A stretch of DNA of 64,000 nucleotides from an uncultured Oscillospiraceae bacterium (lineage in GTDB: Bacteria; Bacillota; Clostridia; Oscillospirales; Oscillospiraceae). The position numbers and the translations under genes were made by a program. Location: positions 4,270 through 68,269 of the forward strand of contig CANQMK010000001.1 in the NCBI GenBank assembly GCA_947624895.1, in the 5' to 3' direction. Every line of letters begins with the position of its first letter. Within the stretch, counting starts at the first letter, position 1. Below the pieces are notes generated by a model that was not told the DNA's origin, did no database searches, and was given only the letters and a program-made list of their open reading frames with translations. Below are positions 1 through 9,668 of the stretch, one piece after another.

Positions 1-3000
1 CGGCCTTCAGCCGTCTCTCCCTCGCCCTCCACAGCCTGACGGGCGGCGAGACCATCTACCTGACGGACGACATCAAGGTGGGCTTTGCGGCCAAACTGCC
101 GGACGGGGTGGGGGACGTGACCATCAACGGCCAGGGCCACACCATCACCCGGGACAGCTTCGTAAATCCCAATACCATCCTCACGGACCCGGAACTGGGC
201 GATGAGGCGGTCATGAGCATCCTCATGGACCCCGGGATCAGCCTGGCGGCCCTGGAGGACGAAGGGGAGGCGGGCGCCATCCCGCAAGAGCATTACACCG
301 GCGCCATCCTCCAGGTCGGCAAGGGCGACACCGTCACGCTGCAAAACGTGACCATCGACGGAGAGGGCCAGTGGGAGATCGACCAGGAAAAGCTGGAATA
401 TGAGAAAGAGCTGAACAAGAGTTACGATATCGATGTCCTGGAAGACCCGAGGGGCGGCCACCCCATCAGGGAGCTTCTGGGGAACGTGGTCTCCACCGAC
501 AGCCTCATCAAGGTCGCCGGCGGCGCCCTCATACTGGAGGACGTGACCCTGGAGAACTTCTTCGCGGGGGATGGATATGAAGACGACCGACATTTCATCG
601 ACTTCACATCCACCGAAGACGGCAAGCTGGAGGTGACGGGGGCCGGCGCTGTTTTCCAGCATAACGCCTCCCGGTCCGGGGTCTGTATCGGCAACACAGA
701 CAAAAATGAGATCGATCTGGGCGGCTGCACCACCATGGAGGACAACTACTGCTACGGCGGCAACGGCGGCCTGGTGGTGGCGATGGAGGGCACCCAGGTC
801 TATATGGACGAGGGTACGAAGATCCTCAACAACGTGGCGGCGGACACCAACGGCGTCTTCGTCCAGCTGCATAAAAAAACCGATGGGGTCAAAGACGGGG
901 ATAATAAGGGCGAGACCTACGCCAAGCTCCACATGAACGGCGGCGAGATCGGCCACAACGTCGGCCTCCGGGGCGGCTCCTACGGCTGGGGCCAGACGAT
1001 CTATCTCTACAACGGCGGCGCCTTCGAGATGAACGGCGGCGAGATCCACGACAACATCGGCGCGGGCATCAGCAGCATCTATCAGCAGCCCTCCGCCGAC
1101 GCGCTGCGGCTCAACGGCGGATGGATCCACGGCAACACCTGCAGCCTGACCGACGAGGGCACAGATTGGGCGCTGGACATCGCCCTGATGAACATCGGGA
1201 ATGTCGGCGAAGGCATGACCGTGGAGCAAAACTTCGTCGTGGGCGCGGCGGCCATCCTGGGCGGCTACGCCAGCGGCGACGAGTACCTCACCAACGACGG
1301 CACGATCAAGGGAAACATCTCTGTTTATTCCTACTTCAACAACGAAGGGCGCGTCTCCACCGTCGTCAACAACCACATCATCGATGGGAACATCCGGCTT
1401 GAGAACGGCTCGATGATAAAGAACGCGGAGAACGGCGTCATCACAGGCAACGTAACGGTAAGAGGCTCCCTCACGGAGAGCGCGGGCGAGAGCAGCTTCC
1501 ACAACGAAGGTGATATAAAAGGAGACATAGAGCTGGCCGAAGGCGCGCACCTGTACAACAGCGGCGAGGTATACGGCAACGTGACGGTCAAGTCGGGGGG
1601 TACGCTGGAACTCAACTGCAATGAAGAAGGTACGGTGCACGGCGGGACCATCCACGGAAACGTGACGGTCTACCCCGACGGTCTGCTCTACGCGAAGGTG
1701 AGTCCCGCCCTCGTAGACGGCACGATCACCCTGGAGTACGAGGACGAGGAAGACCTGGCGCGCATGAAAGAGGTGCTGCATGACTGCGGGATCCAGTGCT
1801 CCAACATTGTGGAGAAACAGCACGCGCACTCCGAGGTGCTGGATAAAACCGTGATAGAGCCAGACGACGACAAAAAATGCACCGAGCCGTGGGTCACGGT
1901 ATATGTCTGCCAGACCTGCGGGAAGGAGGTCAGCCGGGAGGAGACCACGCCTACGGGCCACCAATACTATGTGGAGAAAGTAGACGAGGCGACCTGCACC
2001 ACGGGGCCAATAGAACACATCCGCTGCAAGCTCTGCAACGCGTATACCAGCTCGACGGCAATGAAGATCCAGGTGGGTGACCCCAACGGGCACACCTATG
2101 TGGAAAACACGCACCTCTACATCCCCCCCACGGAATATGCCTCAGGACACATCTACTATATCTGCACCACCTGCGGCGATGTGTTGGAATTCGAGATCGA
2201 CAAGGTCCATGAGGGCTACACCAAGCATTCCTTCCAGAACGAGGACGGCTCCCTCAAGGAAGAGGCGGGCGTGCTCACCCCGCCAACCTGCACTGCGGAA
2301 GGCGAGATGACCTTCACCTGCGATGACTGTGGAACCACGATAACGGTCCCGGTTCCCGCCGCGGGGCACAGATTCCCCAGAGATCCCGACGAGTATGAAC
2401 AGATCGAACGGGTCGAATCGGGCTGTACGAAGGAAGGGCATATTACCTATAAGCCCCGGTGTACGGTGTGCGGCGAGTTTGACACATCGTCTGGCGCGTA
2501 TACGTACACGGTCAACCTACCCGCCCTCGGCCACGACTGGAGCGAGTGGGAAAACGTGGACTCGGAAAACTATTTTTGCACCACGGAGCGCCTTCAGGAG
2601 CGGCACTGCAAGCGTATGGACGCGGAAGCTGAAGCTGTGGCTGAAGGTGACGGCGACGAGGAAGAAGCCCGCATCATCTGCGACGACCCCAGCAATGCCA
2701 CCGAGACCCGCCTTGGCGGCGAGACGAGCCACACCTGGGACGAGGACAACATCACCTGCCTCGTCTGCGGCTACGTTTCAACCGGCCACCACATCAGCTA
2801 CATGACCAACGGCGGCATCGCGCCCCAGAGCCTGGCCGATATCGCGGGGACCGCCTATAAGCCCGGCAACACGGAGAGCCTCTGGCGGCCCTCCAGCGAT
2901 GAAACGCTGGAAGGCGGCGTATGGACCAAGCAGACCATCAACGGGCAGGCCGTCTTCGTGGGCTGGAGTGCCACCAACCTGGGCGAGACCCCCTGCGAGA

Positions 3001-6000
3001 AAAAGCCCGAGGTCACGTTCATCGCCAGCGTGGTCATCCCCGCGGACGCGGACGCCACCGTCTTCGCGGTCTGGGCCGCGGACAAGAACAAAAACGGCAC
3101 GCCCGACTATCAAGAGACCCCTGTCTCGGTCTTCTACGACAAAAACGGCGGCGCGGGTGACGTGCCCGCTCCCCTGATCGACGTTCTCCCCGGCGCGGCG
3201 TATCCCCTGGAGACAACCCCCGCGCTCACGAAGGGCGCCTACGTCTTCGCAGGCTGGAGCAGGACGCGGTATGACGAGGTGATCAAGACGCCGTTGGAAG
3301 AGCGCGACATAGAGATGGCCCGATCCCTGGTGACCAGTCCCTTCACCGTGCCCGCGGGGGTGGGCGACGTTACCCTCTACGCCGTGTACGCCACGGACGC
3401 GGACGCGGACGGCAAGCCCGACTACTGCAAAGACGCCCTGCACGTGGAGTACTACATCAACGGCGGCCAGGTCCGCGAGGGGTACACCGTGGACGAGAGC
3501 GGTATGTTTTACGTGTGCAACGACTATCACCACCCCGGCGACGACGCCACCCTCCTGGCCCTGGAATACGGCGCGATGATGATCTGCCGGGACGGCGCCG
3601 TGCTGATCGGCTGGAGCGCGGCGCCTGAGGACCTGATCACAAGCGAGGCGAGCGTCGACGGGAAGCCGATCAAAGCAGTCAACCTCACCAGCGCGGAATC
3701 AAACGCGAAAGTATACGCGCTCTGGGCGGCGGACGTCAACCACAATAGCATTGCCGACTACCTGGAGACCACCCTCACCCACACCTACCATCGGAATCAG
3801 TACCTTTCCCAGAGCAATGCGTCGACCCTTCCTGCGGGATACTCCCTGCACGTGACCAAAGCCGAGCCCCCGTTCCAGGTGGACATTCTTCCCGGCACGG
3901 GCGTCGAACTGGCCCCCAACGATTACTTCGACTCCGCCGACCTGCTGGACGACAAGGGCCAGGTGGTCGGTCACTATGTCCAGGTGGGCTGGAGCGGCTA
4001 CTCCCACGGCGCCTGTACGTCCCGGATCGATTATGAGAACTGGGTGATCGCAGGGGAGGCCAACGGATATACGGACGAGGACGGCGTCTATTACCGCGTG
4101 ATCTACGATACGCGGTTCCAGAACGCCTTCGCGGTCTGGGCGTCTGACGAGAACGAAAACGGCATCGCGGATTTTAAAGAGACGTACTACACCATCACCC
4201 TTAACATCAATGGCGGGACCGGCGGAGACGATTTCCAGCGCCAGAGCGTGCTGCTCGACGGCGAATGGTTCACCTTCCCCGCCGACCCCATCAAGGCGGG
4301 CTATACCTTCCGGGGCTGGTCTTCCGACGGCGGCAAGACCCTCCGCCAGGCGGGAGACACATTCAGGGTCACCGCCGACGTGACCTATGTGGCCCTGTAT
4401 GACGAGGTCGCGTTTACGGTCACCCTGGACCTGAACGGCGGCACGGCGGGGGACGACTTCGCAGCCAGCAATCCCGTCAATGCGGGCGAGAGCTTCACCT
4501 TCCCCGCGGACCCCACAAAGGCGGGCTATACCTTCCTGGGCTGGTCCGCTGAGGGTGACGAAAACCTCTACAAGGCCGGGGACACCGTCACAGTCACCGC
4601 CGACGTGACCTACACGGCGCAATACGAGGCGGTCGCCGCGCCCAAGACGTTCCAGGTCACCCTGGACCTGAACGGCGGCACAGCGGGGGAGGGCTTCACA
4701 ACCAAGAATTCCGTCAAGGAGGGCGAGAGCTTCACCTTCCCCGCCGACCCCACGAAGGCAGGCTATACCTTCCTGGGCTGGTCCGCCGTGGGTGACGAAA
4801 ACCTCTACAAGGCCGGGGACACCGTGGCGGTCACCGCCGACGTGACCTACACAGCCCGGTATGAGGAAGTTGCGGTCACGCCCAAGACGTTCACGGTCAC
4901 CCTGGACCTGAACGGCGGCACAGCGGGGGAGGGCTTCACAGCCAAGAATTCCGTCAAGGAGGGCGAGAGCTTCACCTTCCCCGCGGACCCCACAAAGGAG
5001 GGCTACACCTTCCTGGGCTGGTCCTCCGACGGCGGCAAGACGCTCTACAAGGCTGGGGATACCGTGGCGGTCACCGCAGACGTGACCTACACCGCGCAAT
5101 ATGAGGCGGTCGCCGCGCCCAAGACGTTCCAGGTCACCCTGGACCTGAACGGCGGCACGGAAGGGGAGGGCTTCACGGCCAGCACGACGGTCAAGGAGGG
5201 CGAGAGCTTCACCTTCCCCGCCGATCCCACAAAGGAAGGCTACACCTTCCTGGGCTGGTCCGCTGAGGGCGACGAAACCCTCTACAAGGCGGGGGACACC
5301 GTCACGGTCACCGCCGACGTGACCTACACCGCGCAATATGAGGCGGTCGCCGCGCCCAAGACGTTCACGGTCACCCTGGACCTGAACGGCGGCACGGCGG
5401 GGGACGACTTCGCGACCAGCAATCCCGTCAATGCGGGCGAGAGCTTCACCTTCCCCGCCGACCCCACGAAGGCAGGCTATACCTTCCTGGGCTGGTCCGC
5501 TGAAGGTGACGAAAACCTCTACAAGGCCGGGGACACCGTCACAGTCAACGCCGACGTGACCTACACGGCGCAATATGAGGCGGTCGCCGCGCCCAAGACG
5601 TTCCAGGTCACCCTGGACCTGAACGGCGGCACGGCGGGAGACGACTTCACGGCCAAGAATTCCGTCAAGGAGGGCGAGAGCTTCACCTTCCCCGCCGACC
5701 CCGCAAAGGCAGGCTATACCTTCCAGGGCTGGTCCGCCGCGGGCGACGAAACCCTCTACAAGGCGGGGGACACCGTGGCGGTCACCGCCGACGTGACCTA
5801 CACCGCGCAATATGAGGCGGTCGCCGCGCCCAAGACGTTTACGGTCACCCTGGACCTGAACGGCGGCACGGCGGGGGACGACTTCGCAGCCAGCAATCCC
5901 GTCAATGCGGGCGAGAGCTTCACCTTCCCCGCGGACCCCACAAAGGCGGGCTACACCTTCCTGGGCTGGTCCGCTGAAGGTGACGAAAACCTCTACAAGG

Positions 6001-6788
6001 CCGGGGACACCGTCACGGTCAACGCCGACGTGACCTACACCGCGCGGTGGAACGTGCGGGTCGCCTCGGGCAGCGGCAGCGGCCGGACTCCTTCCCCCGC
6101 CATCGACAGGACGGAACACTACGGCTACATCATCGGCGTGACGGCCCATGAGGTCCGGCCCGAACAGGACATCACCCGGGCGGAGGTCGCCACCATCCTC
6201 TTCCGCCTCCTCACCGACGAGGCCCGGGAGGCCAACTGGAGCGAGACGAGCGGCTTCCCCGATGTGCGGAGCGACGCCTGGTACAACCACGCCGTGGCGG
6301 TGCTCCACAACCTGGGCATCGTCCAGGGTGACGGTCACGGCAGCTTCGATCCCGACGACAAGATCACCCGCGCCGAGGTGGCCGCCATGGTGGTCAGGTT
6401 CTACGAGAAGAGCGAGGGGACCGTCCTTGTCAACCGGTTTACCGACGTGGATGAGACGAAGTGGTATACCCAGGCGGTGCTCCTGGCCGACCACTACGAG
6501 TTGATGCAGGGCGACGGGGACCAGTTCAGGCCGGAGGACCCGCTGACCCGCGCCGAGGCCATGGCGGTGTTCAACCGGCTCCTGGGCCGTAAGCCCCACG
6601 AGGATCATCTGCGCGAGGATATGATCGCCTGGACGGACAACATGGATAAGCGCAAGTGGTACTACGCCGAGGTCCAGGAGGCCACAAACTCCCATACGTG
6701 CGGCGGGGATGTGGTGATCGACGGCGAGACCTACGAGACGTGGGAGAGCGTCGAGCCCATGCGCGACTGGGCCGCGCTGGAGCGCTGA
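1..6788 (+). CDS. Giant cell-surface protein, 5'-truncated by window edge (beta-helix region, Cys-rich repeats, Flg_new-type repeats, C-terminal SLH anchor)
   Basis: Frame open from base 3 to TGA 6786-6788. NGGxIxxN beta-helix-like repeats. Six CxxC...GH units. About 12 repeats with the GYxFxGWS signature. Three SLH-like motifs (ITRAE, WY..AV) in the last ~240 aa. Confidence 0.85.
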   Translation, partial: AFSRLSLALHSLTGGETIYLTDDIKVGFAAKLPDGVGDVTINGQGHTITRDSFVNPNTILTDPELGDEAVMSILMDPGISLAALEDEGEAGAIPQEHYTGAILQVGKGDTVTLQNVTIDGEGQWEIDQEKLEYEKELNKSYDIDVLEDPRGGHPIRELLGNVVSTDSLIKVAGGALILEDVTLENFFAGDGYEDDRHFIDFTSTEDGKLEVTGAGAVFQHNASRSGVCIGNTDKNEIDLGGCTTMEDNYCYGGNGGLVVAMEGTQVYMDEGTKILNNVAADTNGVFVQLHKKTDGVKDGDNKGETYAKLHMNGGEIGHNVGLRGGSYGWGQTIYLYNGGAFEMNGGEIHDNIGAGISSIYQQPSADALRLNGGWIHGNTCSLTDEGTDWALDIALMNIGNVGEGMTVEQNFVVGAAAILGGYASGDEYLTNDGTIKGNISVYSYFNNEGRVSTVVNNHIIDGNIRLENGSMIKNAENGVITGNVTVRGSLTESAGESSFHNEGDIKGDIELAEGAHLYNSGEVYGNVTVKSGGTLELNCNEEGTVHGGTIHGNVTVYPDGLLYAKVSPALVDGTITLEYEDEEDLARMKEVLHDCGIQCSNIVEKQHAHSEVLDKTVIEPDDDKKCTEPWVTVYVCQTCGKEVSREETTPTGHQYYVEKVDEATCTTGPIEHIRCKLCNAYTSSTAMKIQVGDPNGHTYVENTHLYIPPTEYASGHIYYICTTCGDVLEFEIDKVHEGYTKHSFQNEDGSLKEEAGVLTPPTCTAEGEMTFTCDDCGTTITVPVPAAGHRFPRDPDEYEQIERVESGCTKEGHITYKPRCTVCGEFDTSSGAYTYTVNLPALGHDWSEWENVDSENYFCTTERLQERHCKRMDAEAEAVAEGDGDEEEARIICDDPSNATETRLGGETSHTWDEDNITCLVCGYVSTGHHISYMTNGGIAPQSLADIAGTAYKPGNTESLWRPSSDETLEGGVWTKQTINGQAVFVGWSATNLGETPCEKKPEVTFIASVVIPADADATVFAVWAADKNKNGTPDYQETPVSVFYDKNGGAGDVPAPLIDVLPGAAYPLETTPALTKGAYVFAGWSRTRYDEVIKTPLEERDIEMARSLVTSPFTVPAGVGDVTLYAVYATDADADGKPDYCKDALHVEYYINGGQVREGYTVDESGMFYVCNDYHHPGDDATLLALEYGAMMICRDGAVLIGWSAAPEDLITSEASVDGKPIKAVNLTSAESNAKVYALWAADVNHNSIADYLETTLTHTYHRNQYLSQSNASTLPAGYSLHVTKAEPPFQVDILPGTGVELAPNDYFDSADLLDDKGQVVGHYVQVGWSGYSHGACTSRIDYENWVIAGEANGYTDEDGVYYRVIYDTRFQNAFAVWASDENENGIADFKETYYTITLNINGGTGGDDFQRQSVLLDGEWFTFPADPIKAGYTFRGWSSDGGKTLRQAGDTFRVTADVTYVALYDEVAFTVTLDLNGGTAGDDFAASNPVNAGESFTFPADPTKAGYTFLGWSAEGDENLYKAGDTVTVTADVTYTAQYEAVAAPKTFQVTLDLNGGTAGEGFTTKNSVKEGESFTFPADPTKAGYTFLGWSAVGDENLYKAGDTVAVTADVTYTARYEEVAVTPKTFTVTLDLNGGTAGEGFTAKNSVKEGESFTFPADPTKEGYTFLGWSSDGGKTLYKAGDTVAVTADVTYTAQYEAVAAPKTFQVTLDLNGGTEGEGFTASTTVKEGESFTFPADPTKEGYTFLGWSAEGDETLYKAGDTVTVTADVTYTAQYEAVAAPKTFTVTLDLNGGTAGDDFATSNPVNAGESFTFPADPTKAGYTFLGWSAEGDENLYKAGDTVTVNADVTYTAQYEAVAAPKTFQVTLDLNGGTAGDDFTAKNSVKEGESFTFPADPAKAGYTFQGWSAAGDETLYKAGDTVAVTADVTYTAQYEAVAAPKTFTVTLDLNGGTAGDDFAASNPVNAGESFTFPADPTKAGYTFLGWSAEGDENLYKAGDTVTVNADVTYTARWNVRVASGSGSGRTPSPAIDRTEHYGYIIGVTAHEVRPEQDITRAEVATILFRLLTDEAREANWSETSGFPDVRSDAWYNHAVAVLHNLGIVQGDGHGSFDPDDKITRAEVAAMVVRFYEKSEGTVLVNRFTDVDETKWYTQAVLLADHYELMQGDGDQFRPEDPLTRAEAMAVFNRLLGRKPHEDHLREDMIAWTDNMDKRKWYYAEVQEATNSHTCGGDVVIDGETYETWESVEPMRDWAALER
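4186..6047 (+). repeat. Eight tandem coding repeats, period 237-240 bp (79-80 aa, TxTLDLNGGT...GYTFLGWS...TADVTYTAQYEAVAAPK)
   Basis: Direct reading: units start near 4186, 4410, 4648, 4888, 5125, 5362, 5599, 5836. The last seven are near-identical at DNA level. Confidence 0.9.
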
Positions 6789-8535
6789 GACCCGCGCGCG
6801 GGCGGCGACCATCCGCACGCGCCCCCGCGAGGACGCCGCGAAAAAGCGAATACACACGAAAGGGCCGCCTGTCGAGAGACAGGCGGCCCTTTGTCTTGGC
6901 GGGAAAAGACGCCGCGGCGGAACACGCGCGGGGACGCTCATGAAAAAGTCGCCGTGAGCGAACGCTCACGGCGACGTGGTGGCCCCCAGGAGAATTTGTA
7001 AGAACCCCAGGGCCATCGCATACAACTTCTTCCGGGGAGTTCGGGTCGTCCTTGTCTGTAAGGGTGAAGCTCAAAATTTCGTCCTTGTCTGTGTAGTAAT
7101 AATGGATCTCGATTTTGTCATCCCATAGATAGACCGCCTTAACGAATGTGTCAATGAGCCTCTTTTGGTACTCCTTACTTTCCACGGCACCATCCCGGAA
7201 CTGTTCCATGGACCAGATGATGCGCTCCTTCTCAACATGCCTCTCCTCCTGGGCCGCCTTGGCCAGCACAATGGTTTTCTCCAGCTCGGCGATTTCTCCC
7301 TCCAGTTCCAACAGGCGATCTTTCGTGGTGACGGTGAAAATGCCCTGCTCGATGGCGGTCATAATGTTTTTGACCGCCTTCCTGTTTTGGGACAGCTCCG
7401 CTTCCAGCCTGTCGATTTCCTCTTTACTGCCTGACTGCTCCAGTATTTTGATTGTTCCGTCGGCTATCCACTCTATCACATCATCCCGGAGGATAAACCG
7501 CTGGGTCAACTCGGCCACCGTTCGCTCGATGAACTCCTTTTTTACACTCTTCTTCTGGCATCCGCCGCCTCTCAGGTGTCCGTTACAGGTATAGTAATAG
7601 TGCTTGCTCCCAGTGTGGCTGGTGCCGGATATGCCGACCATGTAGGACTTGCAATAACCGCAGTGCAATTTCCCAGTGAGGAGATAATCCCCACTTTCCC
7701 GGTGCTTTCCTCTCGGATTTTTCTTCGTGGTCAAATGCCGTTGCATTTTGTAGAACACCTCCTTCTCGATGATTGGAGGGATGCCGCACTCATTGACATA
7801 GCCTGAGTGACGATATACGCCGATATAATTGTCGTTGGTGCAGAGACGATGAAAGCTGTTTTTATTCCAGGGCTTCTTCTGCTTTGTCTTGATCCCCCTG
7901 GCGTTGAGATCGGCGGCAATCGAGGCGAAGGACTCCCCATCCAGCACTCTGCGGTAGATCTCCCGGACAATGGCCGCCTCTGCCTCATCGATGGCGTATT
8001 TCCCGTCCGGCCCTCTGACATAGCCGAGCGGGAGAGATCCATTGACCTTGCAATTCCTGGCGTTGTCCTCCATGCCGCGCTTGATGTCCTCTCCCATGTT
8101 CTCGGAGTAGAACTGATTTACATTCATCATAGTACGCAGGGCAAAGCGGCCGGCGGCGGTGTTGCCGAATTCCTCTTTGGCATATAGGGTCTCAATGCCA
8201 AGCCTTGCCAGCCTGTCCTCATAGCTGAGAGCGTGGAGCATATTCCGTGCGATGCGGTTCGATTTGTAGGCTATGACTACCGCAAACTCACGTTTCTCCG
8301 CGTCCCGAAGCATTCGCTGGAAGTTGGGCCGCTTATCCGTTTTCCCGGTGATGGCCTTGTCGGCGTAGACCCGGAGCACCTTGATGTGCTGGGCGACGGC
8401 GAAGGCCATGCACTCCTCGACCTGCTGCTCGATGCTCTCTTCCTTTTGCGCATGAGATGAAAATCTGGCATATATCACGCCTGGCCTTTCGTCCGCCATC
8501 TCCGCGGAGCCCATTCTGCGCGGCAAAAACATCAC
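6571..8535 (-). CDS. Large serine recombinase (prophage integrase) with about 150-aa non-homologous C-terminal read-through
   Basis: VIYARFSS..Q catalytic Ser region, resolvase core, recombinase/zinc-ribbon region (CGYC...C..HLRGGGC), coiled coil. Likely start is M at 8499 or 8514. After about 7000 the ORF becomes Arg/Pro-rich antisense of host DNA. Confidence 0.85.
   Translation of the reverse strand: MMFLPRRMGSAEMADERPGVIYARFSSHAQKEESIEQQVEECMAFAVAQHIKVLRVYADKAITGKTDKRPNFQRMLRDAEKREFAVVIAYKSNRIARNMLHALSYEDRLARLGIETLYAKEEFGNTAAGRFALRTMMNVNQFYSENMGEDIKRGMEDNARNCKVNGSLPLGYVRGPDGKYAIDEAEAAIVREIYRRVLDGESFASIAADLNARGIKTKQKKPWNKNSFHRLCTNDNYIGVYRHSGYVNECGIPPIIEKEVFYKMQRHLTTKKNPRGKHRESGDYLLTGKLHCGYCKSYMVGISGTSHTGSKHYYYTCNGHLRGGGCQKKSVKKEFIERTVAELTQRFILRDDVIEWIADGTIKILEQSGSKEEIDRLEAELSQNRKAVKNIMTAIEQGIFTVTTKDRLLELEGEIAELEKTIVLAKAAQEERHVEKERIIWSMEQFRDGAVESKEYQKRLIDTFVKAVYLWDDKIEIHYYYTDKDEILSFTLTDKDDPNSPEEVVCDGPGVLTNSPGGHHVAVSVRSRRLFHERPRACSAAASFPAKTKGRLSLDRRPFRVYSLFRGVLAGARADGRRPRAGLSAPARPSRAWARRSPTSRRSRRRSPHPRRTYGSLWPPGPRRSTTCAYPCCPSRRSYPRADDPRGAYGPGAG
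6861..6897 (+). terminator. Intrinsic terminator of the surface protein gene
   Basis: Perfect 13-bp stem AGGGCCGCCTGTC/GACAGGCGGCCCT, loop GAGA, followed by TTGTCTT. Confidence 0.75.
6943..6975 (-). terminator. Minus-strand intrinsic terminator lying inside the integrase reading frame
   Basis: 13-bp stem GTCGCCGTGAGCG/CGCTCACGGCGAC with a 2-nt loop. On the minus strand it is followed by TTTTT (plus-strand AAAAA 6943-6947). Confidence 0.65.
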
Positions 8536-8560
8536 CCCCTTTTTTGGGTATGACCACTGA

Positions 8561-9073
8561 TTACTCCGCAGAGCTTAGTGGGTAAAACCAGTCCATGGCG
8601 CCATATCTGTCCACCAGATCCGCTATACTCTGGTTTTTCAGCAGAATTTCGTTTCCGTTATATGCGTCGAAAAGGATCCCTGATATGCAGTCGTTTGTGC
8701 TCCACCTCATTACATCTTCTTCTCCGGCAGTGAAGGTGATAGATACCTCGGAAAGCGATAGGCCGTACTCCTCGGCAAGCTCCTGAGACTGGATCACCAT
8801 AGCGTTTGCGAAATCCGGGAATGTGATCTGCAACACCATCCCCACCGCATGGAGAGACGTTTCGAAGGCGCCATCACCATCATCGAGCACAACGATAGAG
8901 ACATTGTCATGTCCATAGAAAAAATCGGTGAGCCTGGTATTAATATCATTCAAAGTTTCCTGCGGGATCTTTGTGTCGCTCTCGGATGGGGCTGCAGACG
9001 GTTCCTCCGCCTGTTGACTGGCACACCCAACCAGCAGGAGGAGAATGGGCAGGATAATACACAGCCTTTTCAT
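8561..9073 (-). CDS. Lipoprotein (moron; candidate superinfection-exclusion protein)
   Basis: Lipobox signal peptide MKRLCIILPILLLLVGC. RBS AAGGAGG. Visibly lower GC than neighbours. Sits between integrase and repressor. Confidence 0.7.
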   Translation of the reverse strand: MKRLCIILPILLLLVGCASQQAEEPSAAPSESDTKIPQETLNDINTRLTDFFYGHDNVSIVVLDDGDGAFETSLHAVGMVLQITFPDFANAMVIQSQELAEEYGLSLSEVSITFTAGEEDVMRWSTNDCISGILFDAYNGNEILLKNQSIADLVDRYGAMDWFYPLSSAE

Positions 9074-9240
9074 AGAAATAGCCTCCTTGTCAAAGTATGT
9101 CGAATGTTATTATTTACCCTTTTATGTCAAAACTACGCATTCGTGTTATAATTCAATCAGCGCAAAAATGAGCCGTGGCGCGCCGAGGCGGAAAGGGGAA
9201 ACGGTGGAAAGAACTGAAGCAGAGCGGCTTGTCCATTCCC

Positions 9241-9615
9241 TCACTCCAGAGGAGAAGAGGGCTTTGGTCGAGCTGCTATCAACCCTTGTACAAACGCTTC
9301 GACCTTCTCCTGTTCATCAGGGTTCAGGCCAACAAGTACATCAATGAGAGATTGGTCAAGAGTAGCCTCCCTGTCAGCCGAGACAGGGGGGCTATTTTTT
9401 TCATTGCCTGCCTCCGACCAGCCCATCAAGTAGGACGGAGGCACTTGAAGAACATCGGCCAATGGTGCAATAACAGCAAGCGGGAAATTTTCGATTTCAT
9501 CACTTTCATACCTGTAAACTGTGGCTCGGTTTTTACCCAACCGCTTAGCAACATCGTCAACGGTCAAGCCAAGCTCCAGGCGGCGGTCTCTGATCCTGTC
9601 TCCCAATGTTGGCAT
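9241..9615 (-). CDS. CI-like XRE-family HTH repressor
   Basis: N-terminal HTH (LGLTVDDVAKRLGKNRATVYRYE). RBS AAGGAGG. Divergent from the cro-like gene. Confidence 0.8.
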   Translation of the reverse strand: MPTLGDRIRDRRLELGLTVDDVAKRLGKNRATVYRYESDEIENFPLAVIAPLADVLQVPPSYLMGWSEAGNEKNSPPVSADREATLDQSLIDVLVGLNPDEQEKVEAFVQGLIAARPKPSSPLE

Positions 9616-9639
9616 AGCTATGACCTCCTTGTTGCTACC

Positions 9640-9668
9640 ATTCTAGCATGAGTGTCGCAAATTTGCAA
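9640..9668 (-). promoter_or_regulatory. Repressor promoter TTGCAA-N17-TAGAAT (TGn extended -10)
   Basis: -35 at 9663-9668 and -10 at 9640-9645, read on the minus strand; 17-nt spacer. Confidence 0.6.

Noticed and set aside
4186-6047. Regular 237-bp repeats, considered as a CRISPR-like array
   Set aside because: The repeats are contiguous with no unique spacers, in-frame, and encode a known type of protein repeat.
3699-6941. 1080-aa minus-strand ORF
   Set aside because: It is antisense to the repeat region of the surface-protein gene. The product is a low-complexity Gly/Arg/Val repeat with no RBS. This is a typical stop-poor antisense frame in high-GC repetitive DNA.
6656-6943. Small ORFs in the host-phage junction (6656-6943 plus strand, 6731-6925 minus strand)
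   Set aside because: They overlap terminator hairpins and the 3' end of the surface-protein gene, and their composition is Arg-rich and artefactual.
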